From contig JACPKC010000004.1 in assembly GCA_016187225.1 (NCBI GenBank), positions 17,004 to 81,003 of the forward strand: a stretch of DNA of 64,000 nucleotides. Direction: 5' to 3'. Both the position numbers and the translations under genes were made by a program. The notes beneath the pieces were generated by a model, which was given only the letters and a program-made list of their open reading frames with translations, made no database searches and was not told the origin of the DNA. Shown piece after piece: positions 19,071 to 28,311 of the stretch. The stretch is from Candidatus Berkelbacteria bacterium. GTDB lineage: Bacteria; Patescibacteriota; UBA1384; JACPKC01. Every line of letters begins with the position of its first letter. The stretch's first letter is position 1.

Positions 19071-20045
19071 CTAACTTATAAAGATGCGAACATAGGCGGC
19101 GGCTGGCGCTTGCAAAGAATATCTGGGGAGAGAGGCAGGGATTAGAACAAAGGAGAGCGGGGCAAGTTCTAGAACGCCTGACTTGCTTTTTAGTTTAATT
19201 TTTTGAGTTAGCGACATAAGAATCTCAAAACTGTCCCTGGGATGATGTTGACGTTCGCCCTCCAGGCGCCAGCGTTCAAGCGTGAAGTAAGGGCAATCAA
19301 CCAGAATTTCTTGATTTTCATTTTTTAACGGTGCCTGGAGCTGGGGTTCGGTGTCGCTAAAATCAATTGATCGGAGCGCCTGCCTGACATGGAGCTCGCG
19401 CGGTTTATGTGTGCGTGGATCAAGGCGATTCCAATCGAAAACGCGGTAGGTGGTGTTGGAGTTTTGCTGAACTTCTAGAAGGAGACAGCCTGCGTCGATG
19501 ACGTGCAAGCGGCCGGATGGTAAAAACATACAATCGCCTGGCTTGACGGCCAGATGATGGAGTAAAGGCTCGAGCGTGCCTTGTTTAAGCGCGGTTTCAA
19601 ATTGAGATTGAGTCACGTTTTTCTTGAGACCGGCAAGAATGTGAGCATTTGAATTTGTCCCATCAAGCATCAGCCAACATTCAGTTTTTGGCTCGCTGGC
19701 TCCATCCGCTGTTGATTCTTCAGGCGGGTGAACTTGAAGCGAGAGCCGTGCCTCGGCGTCAAGGAGTTTAATCAGCAATGGGAATTTGCCATTCACCGGA
19801 GCGACCTTGCCCAAGAGCGCTTCGCCATACTCTTCCATAAGCTCGTGAAGATTTTTTCCGGCGAGTGGACCGCTTGCAACAATGCTGACTCGGTCATCTT
19901 CGGGTCGGTCGCTAACTTCCCAAACCTCGGCCAATGGCTGACCGCTTGCGTGAGGCTTGCCGAAAGCACGAAGTTTTTGCCCACCCCAGAGGTAGGCTTG
20001 CGTCATATTCTCGAGTCGAAAAGTGAGGGGATAAAGTGATCGCAT
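19071..20045 (-). CDS. manA: mannose-6-phosphate isomerase, type I
   Basis: YLWGG N-terminus, QVHP, and HVIDAGCLLLEVQQNSNTTYRVFDW cupin motifs. Length about 320 aa. Confidence 0.8.
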   Translation of the reverse strand: MRSLYPLTFRLENMTQAYLWGGQKLRAFGKPHASGQPLAEVWEVSDRPEDDRVSIVASGPLAGKNLHELMEEYGEALLGKVAPVNGKFPLLIKLLDAEARLSLQVHPPEESTADGASEPKTECWLMLDGTNSNAHILAGLKKNVTQSQFETALKQGTLEPLLHHLAVKPGDCMFLPSGRLHVIDAGCLLLEVQQNSNTTYRVFDWNRLDPRTHKPRELHVRQALRSIDFSDTEPQLQAPLKNENQEILVDCPYFTLERWRLEGERQHHPRDSFEILMSLTQKIKLKSKSGVLELAPLSFVLIPASLPRYSLQAPAAAYVRIFIS

Positions 20046-20065
20046 CTTTCAATAATTATAGCAAG

Positions 20066-20109
20066 AAAAAGGACCAGACTACCGAGGGGGAATTATTGTA
20101 GCCTGGTCC
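20066..20109 (-). terminator. intrinsic terminator-like hairpin oriented on the minus strand, 20 nt upstream of the manA ATG
   Basis: On the minus strand a 10-bp stem (GGACCAGGCU/AGUCUGGUCC) is followed by UUUUU. Confidence 0.5.
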
Positions 20110-20340
20110 TGTGAGAAACTTTAGTTCTTGGAGCCGTTGGCCAGCTCCCGAACTATTTCCTCGAACCCTTTCGGCATGCGCAGAAAGGGTTCGAGGTGGA
20201 TGAGTTTACTGCCGCGTGTGCCAACGCGACAGTCGCGGCTCCTTTCGGGCGCGCCGGATACGATCGTCGCGGCGCTTGCCCCACCCGAAGCCGGGTCCGT
20301 TCGTGGGGACCTCTTTCCCAGAGGAGTTTCCACAAAAAAA
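20110..20340 (-). other. GC-rich, palindrome-dense structured element containing an RBS-led 77-aa ORF (20121..20354, minus)
   Basis: Roughly 65% GC against a roughly 50% background. All six frames are open. It holds a 14-bp perfect inverted repeat (20159-20196) and the palindrome CGCGACAGTCGCG. AAGGAGGAG lies 5 nt upstream of the minus-strand ATG. Confidence 0.4.
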
Positions 20341-20625
20341 TGAGAAAAATTCATTTATCTCCTCCTTGGAAAGTTCCGCCACGGTATGAAGACGAACCTG
20401 ATCGAGAGTTTCGTGTTGTTTCCTCTCGATCTGGTTCGACACAACCTTCTTTCTGATCAAGATTTTTCCTCCCTTTTATCTAAATTGAGAACGGCGGACC
20501 GTTCCCACGAACACGAATACTACACACTTTTTCCACAGTGGCAAGTCTCAAGCTATGTTAAACTGACATTTGTGCCTAAATGGGTGCAAACTTTTATCAA
20601 TATAAGCTTTCATAGAGGAGGGGGA

Positions 20626-23600
20626 ATGTTCAAACGTTTCTGGAGTGTACTGGCGCCGATCACACTGGTCGTGGCCATTGCGGTCCTCACTGTTGGTCCA
20701 AATAACGTGACGACGTTATTTGAGATCGACACCGCCAGAGCCGGCGATATCACAAGTCCAACGTGGACTCTTTCAGATACTACAGCGTCCGCCACGAATG
20801 TGACGTATACCCATACGTTCACGACCGAAACCGCGATCCCAATCAATACCGGTGGAGCTGAAATTTGGCTCAGCGTCCAGCCCGGAATGGAGCCGCCGCA
20901 ATTCACAAGTAGCACACTTGCAAGTGGTAGCACAGAGGGGTTTGCGGGGCAGGAAATCAATTTTTGGTCCGAGGGCAAGGGCGGGATGAGTATTTCGATT
21001 CACAATAAAGGGACAACGGCAATTCCGGCTGGTGAGATCACGCTTAAATTTAGCGGTGTCACTAACCCAAGTCGTGGCGGTGCGTTGCGAACTAATACTT
21101 ATACAAAAGATTCCTTTACTCCGCTCGACGGTCGCCAAGGGCCAGACAGTAATGGCGTGATCGCGATCGGTACGCAAAATGTCCAGGGAACGGTAACTGA
21201 AGCTTCGACCAGCGCTCCCGTCGCCAATTTCCCGCTTGAAATTCACGGTGAAAACGGGTTTTGGCAAGCAACAACTGCCACGAACGGCACTTATGGCTTT
21301 TATGGTGTGCCAGCTGGCAATTACATGCTTGAAATGAGTTACGCAATGGATCCAAATAGCAGTAACGCCTCCTCGATCTCGCAATATCTGCGTTTTGAGC
21401 AAATTCAAGTCACTGTCCCAGCCTCCGGCACAGTGACACAAAATATCTCTCTCCAAAAATCAAGCAAAGTCATTACTGGCGTTGTGAAATATTCAGATAC
21501 TGGCGCCGTGGTGGCCAATGCCAACGTCAATGCTTTTTCAAATGGCCCAGGCGGCTTTGCTTCTAGCCCAACAAACTCAAGTGGTGAATTTACCTTGCGA
21601 GTTGGCGGCGGCAACTACTATATTAATGTCATGCCGAACTTTTTCGGCGGTCCGGGCGGTCCAGGTAATCAATCACAAACGGGAAATGATTTTTTCCCAC
21701 GCGCGCCGCGCCAGGTCAGTTTTGTCCAGGCCGCATCAGTTGCTGAAACAATTGCAATGGGTGACGTTCTCGTCGATCGAGCCGATGCAACGGTAACCGG
21801 CAAACTTGAAAAACCGAATGGTAGCGGGGTTAATATGGGCGGCATGGGCGCAATGAATTTCCGCACTCACACTATGATCCCAATCATGGTCCAGCAAGAC
21901 GGCAATTTTTCATTTAAGGCCAAATCTGGCACCGGCACATGGGAGTTAAATTACTTTGATCCAGGCGCATCGGTTGCTATGCCACCAGATACACAGTTTA
22001 AGATCGATCCAGGCGCAAACAATCTCGGCACAATTAAAATGGTTGCGCTCGATAAAACCATTACCGTTAACGCCAAACGGATTGATGGCGGTAAAAACGA
22101 GGGCATTGCCAATATGCCAGTCATGACCTTTCAAATTAAACGACCGGGCCCGCCATTTATGAGCTTTACTGATTCAACTGGAACAGCGCAGATTAAGGTC
22201 CCGGCTGGCTTTGAAGGTCGGGTGATGGGCATTCCGGGTGGCAAAGGTGGCCCTGGCAAACGCGAGGGCGGTGAAGGTGATGGCGAAGAATTCGGTTGGC
22301 TCCAGATGTTTAACATTGCCGCGGCTTACGCCCAAGAAGGCCCGGGTGGTGGCTCCGCAGGTGGTTTTGATCAAGAAACTTCTCGTCTCTTCCCAGTTAC
22401 AGCGCCTCAACGCGCCAAAGCCGGCGATACCGTAACGCTTAACTTCGATCTGGCAGATAAAAGCGTAACGGTGCGGACGGTAGACAAAAATAATAACGCA
22501 GTTTCAGAAGGGGCCTTTGTTAATGCCCGGCCATTGGGCAGTGGTTTTACTGGCAAGGGCGGTGGTTTTGGTGGCTCGACATCCGGTGGAAGCGGCACAA
22601 TCTACACTACTAAAGGCGACTTTACTTTTAACACTTTTTTCCCACCGGATTCTAACTATATGGGAATTGCGAAAACTGTCACGGTCGGCGATAACGGCGC
22701 CACAGCCGATCTTTTAGCGGCAACCAAGACAGTGACAGTCACTGGTGAAGTTCGGGATGCTTCAAATAATAACGCGGTCGTTAAAGACGGTTCGCTCGGC
22801 ATTATGATCGGTCTCTTTGGCGAGAGTGGCTTCAGCGATGGCAAATACAACCCAGCCGATGGCACATATACGGCAAAGTTTGTGCCTGATACGAAATTCA
22901 GGATCGGTGTTGCCGCTGGCGATCCAGGTATGGTGCAAGAGGGTGGCTATATTCCTAACATTAGCCCTGTTGAACTTGAGGGCAATGACGGTGAGACTTT
23001 AACTCAACACGTTACCTTGGCAAAAGTTGATGCCAAGATTAAGGGCACAGTCAAAGATCAAAATGGAACAGCAATTAAAGGCGTTACAATTACCGCTGAT
23101 CCTGGTTTGGCTGAACTGATCGGCGAAGGCCCAGGCGGACCTGGTCCGGGCCCAGAAGAAGAGGGAATCGACTTTGGTTTCTCTGATGTAACCGAAGATG
23201 ATGGTAGCTACGAAATTGATGTGGCGGCGAATAAGTACAGCATGATTGTGAATGCGCGCAAGGAAGGTTTATTTGTCACGCAGAATGTGACCGTTGACAT
23301 TAAGGCGCGTGAGACGAAAGAAAATATTAACCTAAGTCTGCAAAAGGCTGATGCCAAGGCGACTGTTGAGGTCAATAATAAAGACAGTAACGATCTTGGC
23401 GGCGCCGAGGTGCAGATTTTTAATGATGAAGGTACGATTAATTTCTCGTCAACGGCGGGTAGCGATGGCAAAGTGACGATTGATCTGCCGGCCGGGACAT
23501 ACAACATTAAGGCCGGCAAAGATAGCCCAGAAGATAATGGCAAGGTTGAGGGTAGCGCCATTCAAAAAGTGATTATCGATAAAAACGAAACCGAAAGCAT

Positions 23601-24543
23601 GGTCTTCAAAACAGAAACGGATACCGGCGTCTTACCCGCTCCGGTTGTGCAGGAAATTAGTAGTAGTTCGCCGAGCACGGTCAGCCTCTCGAAGGGTGGC
23701 GATGAGAAAATTGCTTTGAATATTCCGGCTGGCGCCTTGAGTTCAAGTAGTTCGAGTAGTGATGAGAGTAGCGATTCAAGTAGTTCGAGTAGTGATCCAC
23801 TTCTATCGGTCACTCCGCTCGATAAAGAGCTTGTGCCAACCAAGGCTTTGGAGCCAATTGTCGGCATGAGCGTCGACGCGACTGACTCAAGCGGCAATGC
23901 AATTACCTCTCTCTCCGGTCAGGTATCCGGGTCGATTAAATACGATGCGAACAAACTTCCAACCGGCGTGAAAGAAGATAATTTGGAAGTTCGCTCTTTT
24001 AATGAAGATAGCGGAATTTGGGAACCAGTTATTTCGAGCGCAGTTGACAAAGCCTCCGATAAAGTAACGTTTTCAACTAACCACTTTACCGACTTCGCAA
24101 TTGTGGCCGCGACCGATACAACTGCACCATCAGCGCCGACAAATGTCGCCGCCGCTGACCTTGGGACAAGCGGTAAAGTTGCGCTTACCTGGACTAACCC
24201 GAGCGATTCTGATTTCAACCATATTAATATTTACCGCTCAACGACGTCTGGCACAGTTGGGAGTAAAATTGGTTCAACAACTGCCTCCAGCACAACACGT
24301 TATGAGGATAGTAGTCTGACAAATGGCACAAAATACTATTATGTAGCGCGGTCAGTTGATGCGACTGGCAATGAATCGGCGAACACGACGCAGGTTTCAG
24401 CGACACCCAGCGCTACGACCTTGCCACTCACTGGGCCAGTTGAGACATCGAATAACGGCTTACTCATGGTCGTGGCAGCATTCCTTGCCGCCCTGGCAGG
24501 CGTAGGTGCAGGTATTGCGCACAAGCAGTATGCGTCGGCCTAA
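20626..24543 (+). CDS. giant LPXTG-anchored cell-surface protein (Cna-B/carboxypeptidase-regulatory-like repeats, Gly-rich linkers, FN3 domain)
   Basis: ATG after a GGAGGGGG ribosome-binding site and a signal/TM segment (MFKRFWSVLAPITLVVAIAV). The C-terminus ends LPLTG, then a hydrophobic helix, then HKQYASA. An FN3-like segment is present (TWTNPSDSDFNHINIYRS). Confidence 0.8.
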   Translation: MFKRFWSVLAPITLVVAIAVLTVGPNNVTTLFEIDTARAGDITSPTWTLSDTTASATNVTYTHTFTTETAIPINTGGAEIWLSVQPGMEPPQFTSSTLASGSTEGFAGQEINFWSEGKGGMSISIHNKGTTAIPAGEITLKFSGVTNPSRGGALRTNTYTKDSFTPLDGRQGPDSNGVIAIGTQNVQGTVTEASTSAPVANFPLEIHGENGFWQATTATNGTYGFYGVPAGNYMLEMSYAMDPNSSNASSISQYLRFEQIQVTVPASGTVTQNISLQKSSKVITGVVKYSDTGAVVANANVNAFSNGPGGFASSPTNSSGEFTLRVGGGNYYINVMPNFFGGPGGPGNQSQTGNDFFPRAPRQVSFVQAASVAETIAMGDVLVDRADATVTGKLEKPNGSGVNMGGMGAMNFRTHTMIPIMVQQDGNFSFKAKSGTGTWELNYFDPGASVAMPPDTQFKIDPGANNLGTIKMVALDKTITVNAKRIDGGKNEGIANMPVMTFQIKRPGPPFMSFTDSTGTAQIKVPAGFEGRVMGIPGGKGGPGKREGGEGDGEEFGWLQMFNIAAAYAQEGPGGGSAGGFDQETSRLFPVTAPQRAKAGDTVTLNFDLADKSVTVRTVDKNNNAVSEGAFVNARPLGSGFTGKGGGFGGSTSGGSGTIYTTKGDFTFNTFFPPDSNYMGIAKTVTVGDNGATADLLAATKTVTVTGEVRDASNNNAVVKDGSLGIMIGLFGESGFSDGKYNPADGTYTAKFVPDTKFRIGVAAGDPGMVQEGGYIPNISPVELEGNDGETLTQHVTLAKVDAKIKGTVKDQNGTAIKGVTITADPGLAELIGEGPGGPGPGPEEEGIDFGFSDVTEDDGSYEIDVAANKYSMIVNARKEGLFVTQNVTVDIKARETKENINLSLQKADAKATVEVNNKDSNDLGGAEVQIFNDEGTINFSSTAGSDGKVTIDLPAGTYNIKAGKDSPEDNGKVEGSAIQKVIIDKNETESMVFKTETDTGVLPAPVVQEISSSSPSTVSLSKGGDEKIALNIPAGALSSSSSSSDESSDSSSSSSDPLLSVTPLDKELVPTKALEPIVGMSVDATDSSGNAITSLSGQVSGSIKYDANKLPTGVKEDNLEVRSFNEDSGIWEPVISSAVDKASDKVTFSTNHFTDFAIVAATDTTAPSAPTNVAAADLGTSGKVALTWTNPSDSDFNHINIYRSTTSGTVGSKIGSTTASSTTRYEDSSLTNGTKYYYVARSVDATGNESANTTQVSATPSATTLPLTGPVETSNNGLLMVVAAFLAALAGVGAGIAHKQYASA

Positions 24544-25126
24544 TGTCCCTGCCCTGCCCAGGGTAGCAAGTCTTCTCTTACTCCTAATTGTAATTGGTGG
24601 CGCGGTTGCGGGTGTTCAGGCTAAGAGCGCCCGTCCCGTCACCCCAGTCCAAGAGGTAGTTGCCGAAGAGACCGCTCTTGAGGTGCCACCCAAGAGCGAG
24701 AGTTACTCCCTCGTGATCGAAGAACTAAAATTGGACGTTCCAATTGTTGAAGATGTGCCCGGCACCGACGAGAAGGCTTATTTGGCGGCGCTTACACATG
24801 GCGTAGCTCACTATGCCGGCACACCCAAGCCTGGGCAAGCCGGCAACAGTTTTATTTTCGGCCATTCCGCCTACTTAAAAGGCGATAAAGGCGATTACAA
24901 CGAAGTTTTCAGAGAACTCAATAAATTAATTAAAGATGAAACCTTTATAGTCAAACACAACGACGAAGTTTTGAACTACAAAGTGTTTCGGAGCGAGGTC
25001 GTAGAAGCAAATGATTTTTCTATTCTTGATCAAACTGATCAAGAAATTGTAACCTTGATGACTTGTTGGCCGCCTGGCACAATCGAAAAACGTTGGGTGG
25101 TTCAGGCTGAACGAGTTAAGAGTTAA
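24530..25126 (+). CDS. sortase (transpeptidase)
   Basis: N-terminal TM anchor. Conserved His in FIFGHSAY, catalytic Cys in VTLMTCWPPGT, and Arg in RWVVQAERV. It overlaps the 3' end of the LPXTG gene. Confidence 0.75.
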   Translation: MRRPNVPALPRVASLLLLLIVIGGAVAGVQAKSARPVTPVQEVVAEETALEVPPKSESYSLVIEELKLDVPIVEDVPGTDEKAYLAALTHGVAHYAGTPKPGQAGNSFIFGHSAYLKGDKGDYNEVFRELNKLIKDETFIVKHNDEVLNYKVFRSEVVEANDFSILDQTDQEIVTLMTCWPPGTIEKRWVVQAERVKS

Positions 25127-25149
25127 TATTCCACTATTGAAAGGGCAAT

Positions 25150-26100
25150 ATGGGTCGAGTAATTATTATTGGCCTTGTGGTTATTTTACTTATTGTCGGA
25201 ACTGGTTGGTTGATTTTACGCGTTTTACCCCAGGCACAGCCTGAAACACAAGATTCAATTACTTCTCAAGTTTCAGAAAATGAAGATTTATGGGTTGAGC
25301 AGGAAGTAGCGGTCGCTGGCAAATACGCTGATGCCGATGTTGTGGATTTAGGCGATGGACGATTTCGCATGTACTATGCCATTGAACCAGAAGTGTCCGG
25401 CAATCAACTCGAGGTTTATTCAGCGCTTTCAGCCGATGGCATTACTTGGACACCGGAAGCTGGCGTGCGACGCACGCTGTCAACTTTTCCGGATGTTATG
25501 AAACTACCCGACAACACCTGGCGGATGTACTTTCAGAATAGCGGCGTTATTAAGAGCGCAATCTCGACCGATGGCCTCAAGTGGACTGATGAAGCGGGCA
25601 CGCGAGTCGATGCAGTGAATACACTCGGTTTAGCGCTTGAAAGTGTCGGCGCCTCGACCACGATTCTCGTTTCCGATGGCACGTATCTTATGGTTTATCG
25701 GGGCACAATTAACTCCTCATATAATTCACAAGTACCGAATAAAACTCAAGGTGTTTTACTTATCGCAACTTCAGCCGACGGTCTTGAATGGGAGAAGAAG
25801 GGCTTTGCGCTTGATACGCGCACGAACGTTTTTGAGGGCTGGGCTGATGGACCTGAATGGATCAATCGCGATGATGGTTCGCTCGGGCTTTATTTTTGGG
25901 GATACAAGGGTATTTACGAAAGCGCTTACTCAAATACTTTTGGCTCACCTGAACTCATCTATCGTGGACCAAATGTCGATCAAAAAGTGATGTATTCACC
26001 GAATCCACCTGGCGACCCGACACTTGCCAAGATTGGGAGCGCCTGGATGATGTACTATGGCCAACACGAAAAAGGCATTTATCGCGCTACTCTCAAGTAG
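25150..26100 (+). CDS. secreted glycoside-hydrolase-like five-bladed beta-propeller protein (GH43/32 superfamily-like)
   Basis: N-terminal TM. Repeated blade signatures FRMYYAIE, WRMYFQN, YLMVYRG and WMMYYG. Confidence 0.4.
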   Translation: MGRVIIIGLVVILLIVGTGWLILRVLPQAQPETQDSITSQVSENEDLWVEQEVAVAGKYADADVVDLGDGRFRMYYAIEPEVSGNQLEVYSALSADGITWTPEAGVRRTLSTFPDVMKLPDNTWRMYFQNSGVIKSAISTDGLKWTDEAGTRVDAVNTLGLALESVGASTTILVSDGTYLMVYRGTINSSYNSQVPNKTQGVLLIATSADGLEWEKKGFALDTRTNVFEGWADGPEWINRDDGSLGLYFWGYKGIYESAYSNTFGSPELIYRGPNVDQKVMYSPNPPGDPTLAKIGSAWMMYYGQHEKGIYRATLK

Positions 26101-26117
26101 TCAGCCTTCCCCTTCGT

Positions 26118-26807
26118 ATGGAATCCCAAAATTCATTCCATTTTCAGCAGGGGCGCTACATTAAAGACTTGGTTTTTGGTGCGAATGACGGTTTAATTAC
26201 AACTTTCGCGATCGTTGCGGGCGTGGCTGGCGCCGATCTGCCTATTTCGGTCGTTCTCATTCTCGGCTTTGCAAATCTTTTTGCTGACGGTTTTTCAATG
26301 GCGGCCGGCGATTATTTAGGGAGTCGTTCCGAGCTTGATTTTGTGCAAAGTGAGCGAGCTGATTTAGAAAAGGCTATCCTTAAGACTCCCAGCGAGGCCA
26401 AAAAAGCGCTCTCGGAGTATTATTATTCGCAAGGATTTCGGGATTCTGTGTTAACTGAATTAACACGGATCGTGAGTAGCCATCGCCGAGCCTGGGTCGA
26501 GGCGCTCGCTCGCGGTCGATTTCGATTGCCCGCTGAAGATGGTCAACCGTATAAGAACGCTGGAGCGATCTTTCTTGCGTTCATTTTAGTTGGCTCTTTG
26601 CCTCTTTTGCCCTTTATTCTGGCGTTACCGAATGCTTTTTTGACTTCCATTCTTGTCACGACTTTGACGCTTTTTGTGCTCGGCGCGCTCCGTACCAGGG
26701 TTACCCGACAAGATTGGTTTATGTCCGGGCTTGAGATGCTTGCTGTTGGCGCCCTTGCCGCCGGAGTTGCCTACGCTGTCGGCGCTCTCCTTGGCTCGAT
26801 TGCCTAA
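26118..26807 (+). CDS. VIT1/CCC1-family Fe/Mn transporter
   Basis: LVFGANDGLITTFAIVAGVAGA motif with C-terminal TM helices. Confidence 0.8.
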   Translation: MESQNSFHFQQGRYIKDLVFGANDGLITTFAIVAGVAGADLPISVVLILGFANLFADGFSMAAGDYLGSRSELDFVQSERADLEKAILKTPSEAKKALSEYYYSQGFRDSVLTELTRIVSSHRRAWVEALARGRFRLPAEDGQPYKNAGAIFLAFILVGSLPLLPFILALPNAFLTSILVTTLTLFVLGALRTRVTRQDWFMSGLEMLAVGALAAGVAYAVGALLGSIA

Positions 26808-26826
26808 AACTCTTCAATTCGTTTAT

Positions 26827-28311
26827 TTATAGTTCTAAAAGTTGCTCGTAAATCCGAACCATCGCGAGCGTGTCGAGTTCACAGTAGTGCAGGAGGTCTT
26901 TCTTAATCTGTTCGCGCCGATCTGCGTATTTGCCATTGAGCACAGTTTCCATCCAAAGCCGTTGCGCCGTTTGCCCTTCTTGGATATTGAGTGTCGCATA
27001 GCTCAACTTCGGCACAAGTACCGGTAAGATTTTTTTGATACTTGCACTTCCAAAAAAACGGTAGTCTTCATACCAGTGCGCCGAGAACGGTAGCATAAGG
27101 TCGATAATTCGGGTATTGAGTGATTTCATAAACGCCCGGTGTTCCGGAAACATCTCACCAAGATCTAAGTTGCATTGCTTTTCGAATTTTTCATTCCAGA
27201 CGAGAATGGTACCAATTTCGCCGAAATCCTCTCGCAGCTGTGTCACAAGAGGCGGACCGGGATTCGTGGTATCGAAGTGAAGAAATTCTCGGTGCTCAAG
27301 CTCGCCATCGGGTTCGCGTAGGATGTGAAGAGAATACTCCATGGGGAGTTGCTGAAACGGGCGCATCTCGTTCATCGGCGGGATGATGCCGCCAATTGTT
27401 TCATAGTCAAAGAAGTAGAGTGGGAATTGGAATGACTTAAGAAATGTCCGAATCTGCTCGAGCTGGATGACTGGCTTCTCAAGTCTCGTCAGTTCCACTT
27501 GGCGGCGGTGTTTGGCATTGTCGAATTCAAAACGATCCGGAATATGCTTGATGAGTTCGATACCCTGATCCTCAAGTTCACCAATTAGGTCGTTGTTCGG
27601 TGGATTGATCTGATAGATATTATACGCGTCGGTGTTGAGTTTCAGGGTATAAAAAATCTCGAGCCACTCTTTAAGATATTGTTGTTGGGCATGACGAGGC
27701 GAAATGTCTGGCCGTTCAGATGATTTCATGACTGTCAGAGCCTGCTTGATTTTTTGTTCTGTTTCGGCGAGTTTGGCAGTTACCTTTTCGGTGAGTTCAA
27801 TAATTTGCGTGATCGCTTTCGCCTCGATATTGCCATGAAGGGTGTAGGTATTGTTCACAACAATTACCGAGATTTTCTCGATAGCCAGTCCAGCACGCTC
27901 GAGCACTATCTTTTGGAATGCCAGATCATCGATGTGTTCCGGCTTATCTTTTGTACTCGATTTGACTTCATAGAGATCGAACGTATTTTTGCCGGTTCGA
28001 TCGAGAATATCGAAGATGCAGGTTAGCTCATCCGCTTCGACGCGCCCTTGGAAGATAGTTTTAGCGTTATCGTTTAAAGTCGATTGCGTGCGAGCCGTGA
28101 GCGCCCGATATTCAGTGAACCCATTAAAACCGAGTTTTACACCCTCCGGAAACCGCGCCTCCGCATAGGCCTCGAACGCATGGCCGGCATCGAAAATTGC
28201 CTGAACGTTGGCGTCGATAGGAGGCAATTTTTCCGGATTGTGTTTTTTAAGCCACAGCCACGCCGGGTGCTTGAGAAACATCATGTAGTCGGATTTAGAA
28301 AGTTGCATCAT
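26827..28311 (-). CDS. DUF2779-like predicted dual nuclease (N-terminal PD-(D/E)XK, C-terminal DEDDh 3'-5' exonuclease)
   Basis: LSKSDYMMFLKHPAWLWL N-terminus and a D...DLYEVK PD-(D/E)XK-like motif. YFFDYETIGG (exo motif I) and HYCELDTLAMVRIY (exo motif III). Confidence 0.5.
   Translation of the reverse strand: MMQLSKSDYMMFLKHPAWLWLKKHNPEKLPPIDANVQAIFDAGHAFEAYAEARFPEGVKLGFNGFTEYRALTARTQSTLNDNAKTIFQGRVEADELTCIFDILDRTGKNTFDLYEVKSSTKDKPEHIDDLAFQKIVLERAGLAIEKISVIVVNNTYTLHGNIEAKAITQIIELTEKVTAKLAETEQKIKQALTVMKSSERPDISPRHAQQQYLKEWLEIFYTLKLNTDAYNIYQINPPNNDLIGELEDQGIELIKHIPDRFEFDNAKHRRQVELTRLEKPVIQLEQIRTFLKSFQFPLYFFDYETIGGIIPPMNEMRPFQQLPMEYSLHILREPDGELEHREFLHFDTTNPGPPLVTQLREDFGEIGTILVWNEKFEKQCNLDLGEMFPEHRAFMKSLNTRIIDLMLPFSAHWYEDYRFFGSASIKKILPVLVPKLSYATLNIQEGQTAQRLWMETVLNGKYADRREQIKKDLLHYCELDTLAMVRIYEQLLEL

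Noticed and set aside
20280-20320. Similarity of GGACCCGGCTTCGGGTGGGG to the RNase P RNA CR-V region (ACAGAACCCGGCUUAUCGG)
   Set aside because: No other RNase P conserved regions (GGAAAGUCCGGGCUCC, P4 pairing) are present. The segment is too short and its orientation and position are wrong for a 3'-terminal CR-V.
20610-24524. Numerous 60-230-aa ORFs on both strands inside the giant surface-protein gene
   Set aside because: They are frame shadows of a long Gly/Thr/Ser-rich coding region. None has a ribosome-binding site or any domain signal.
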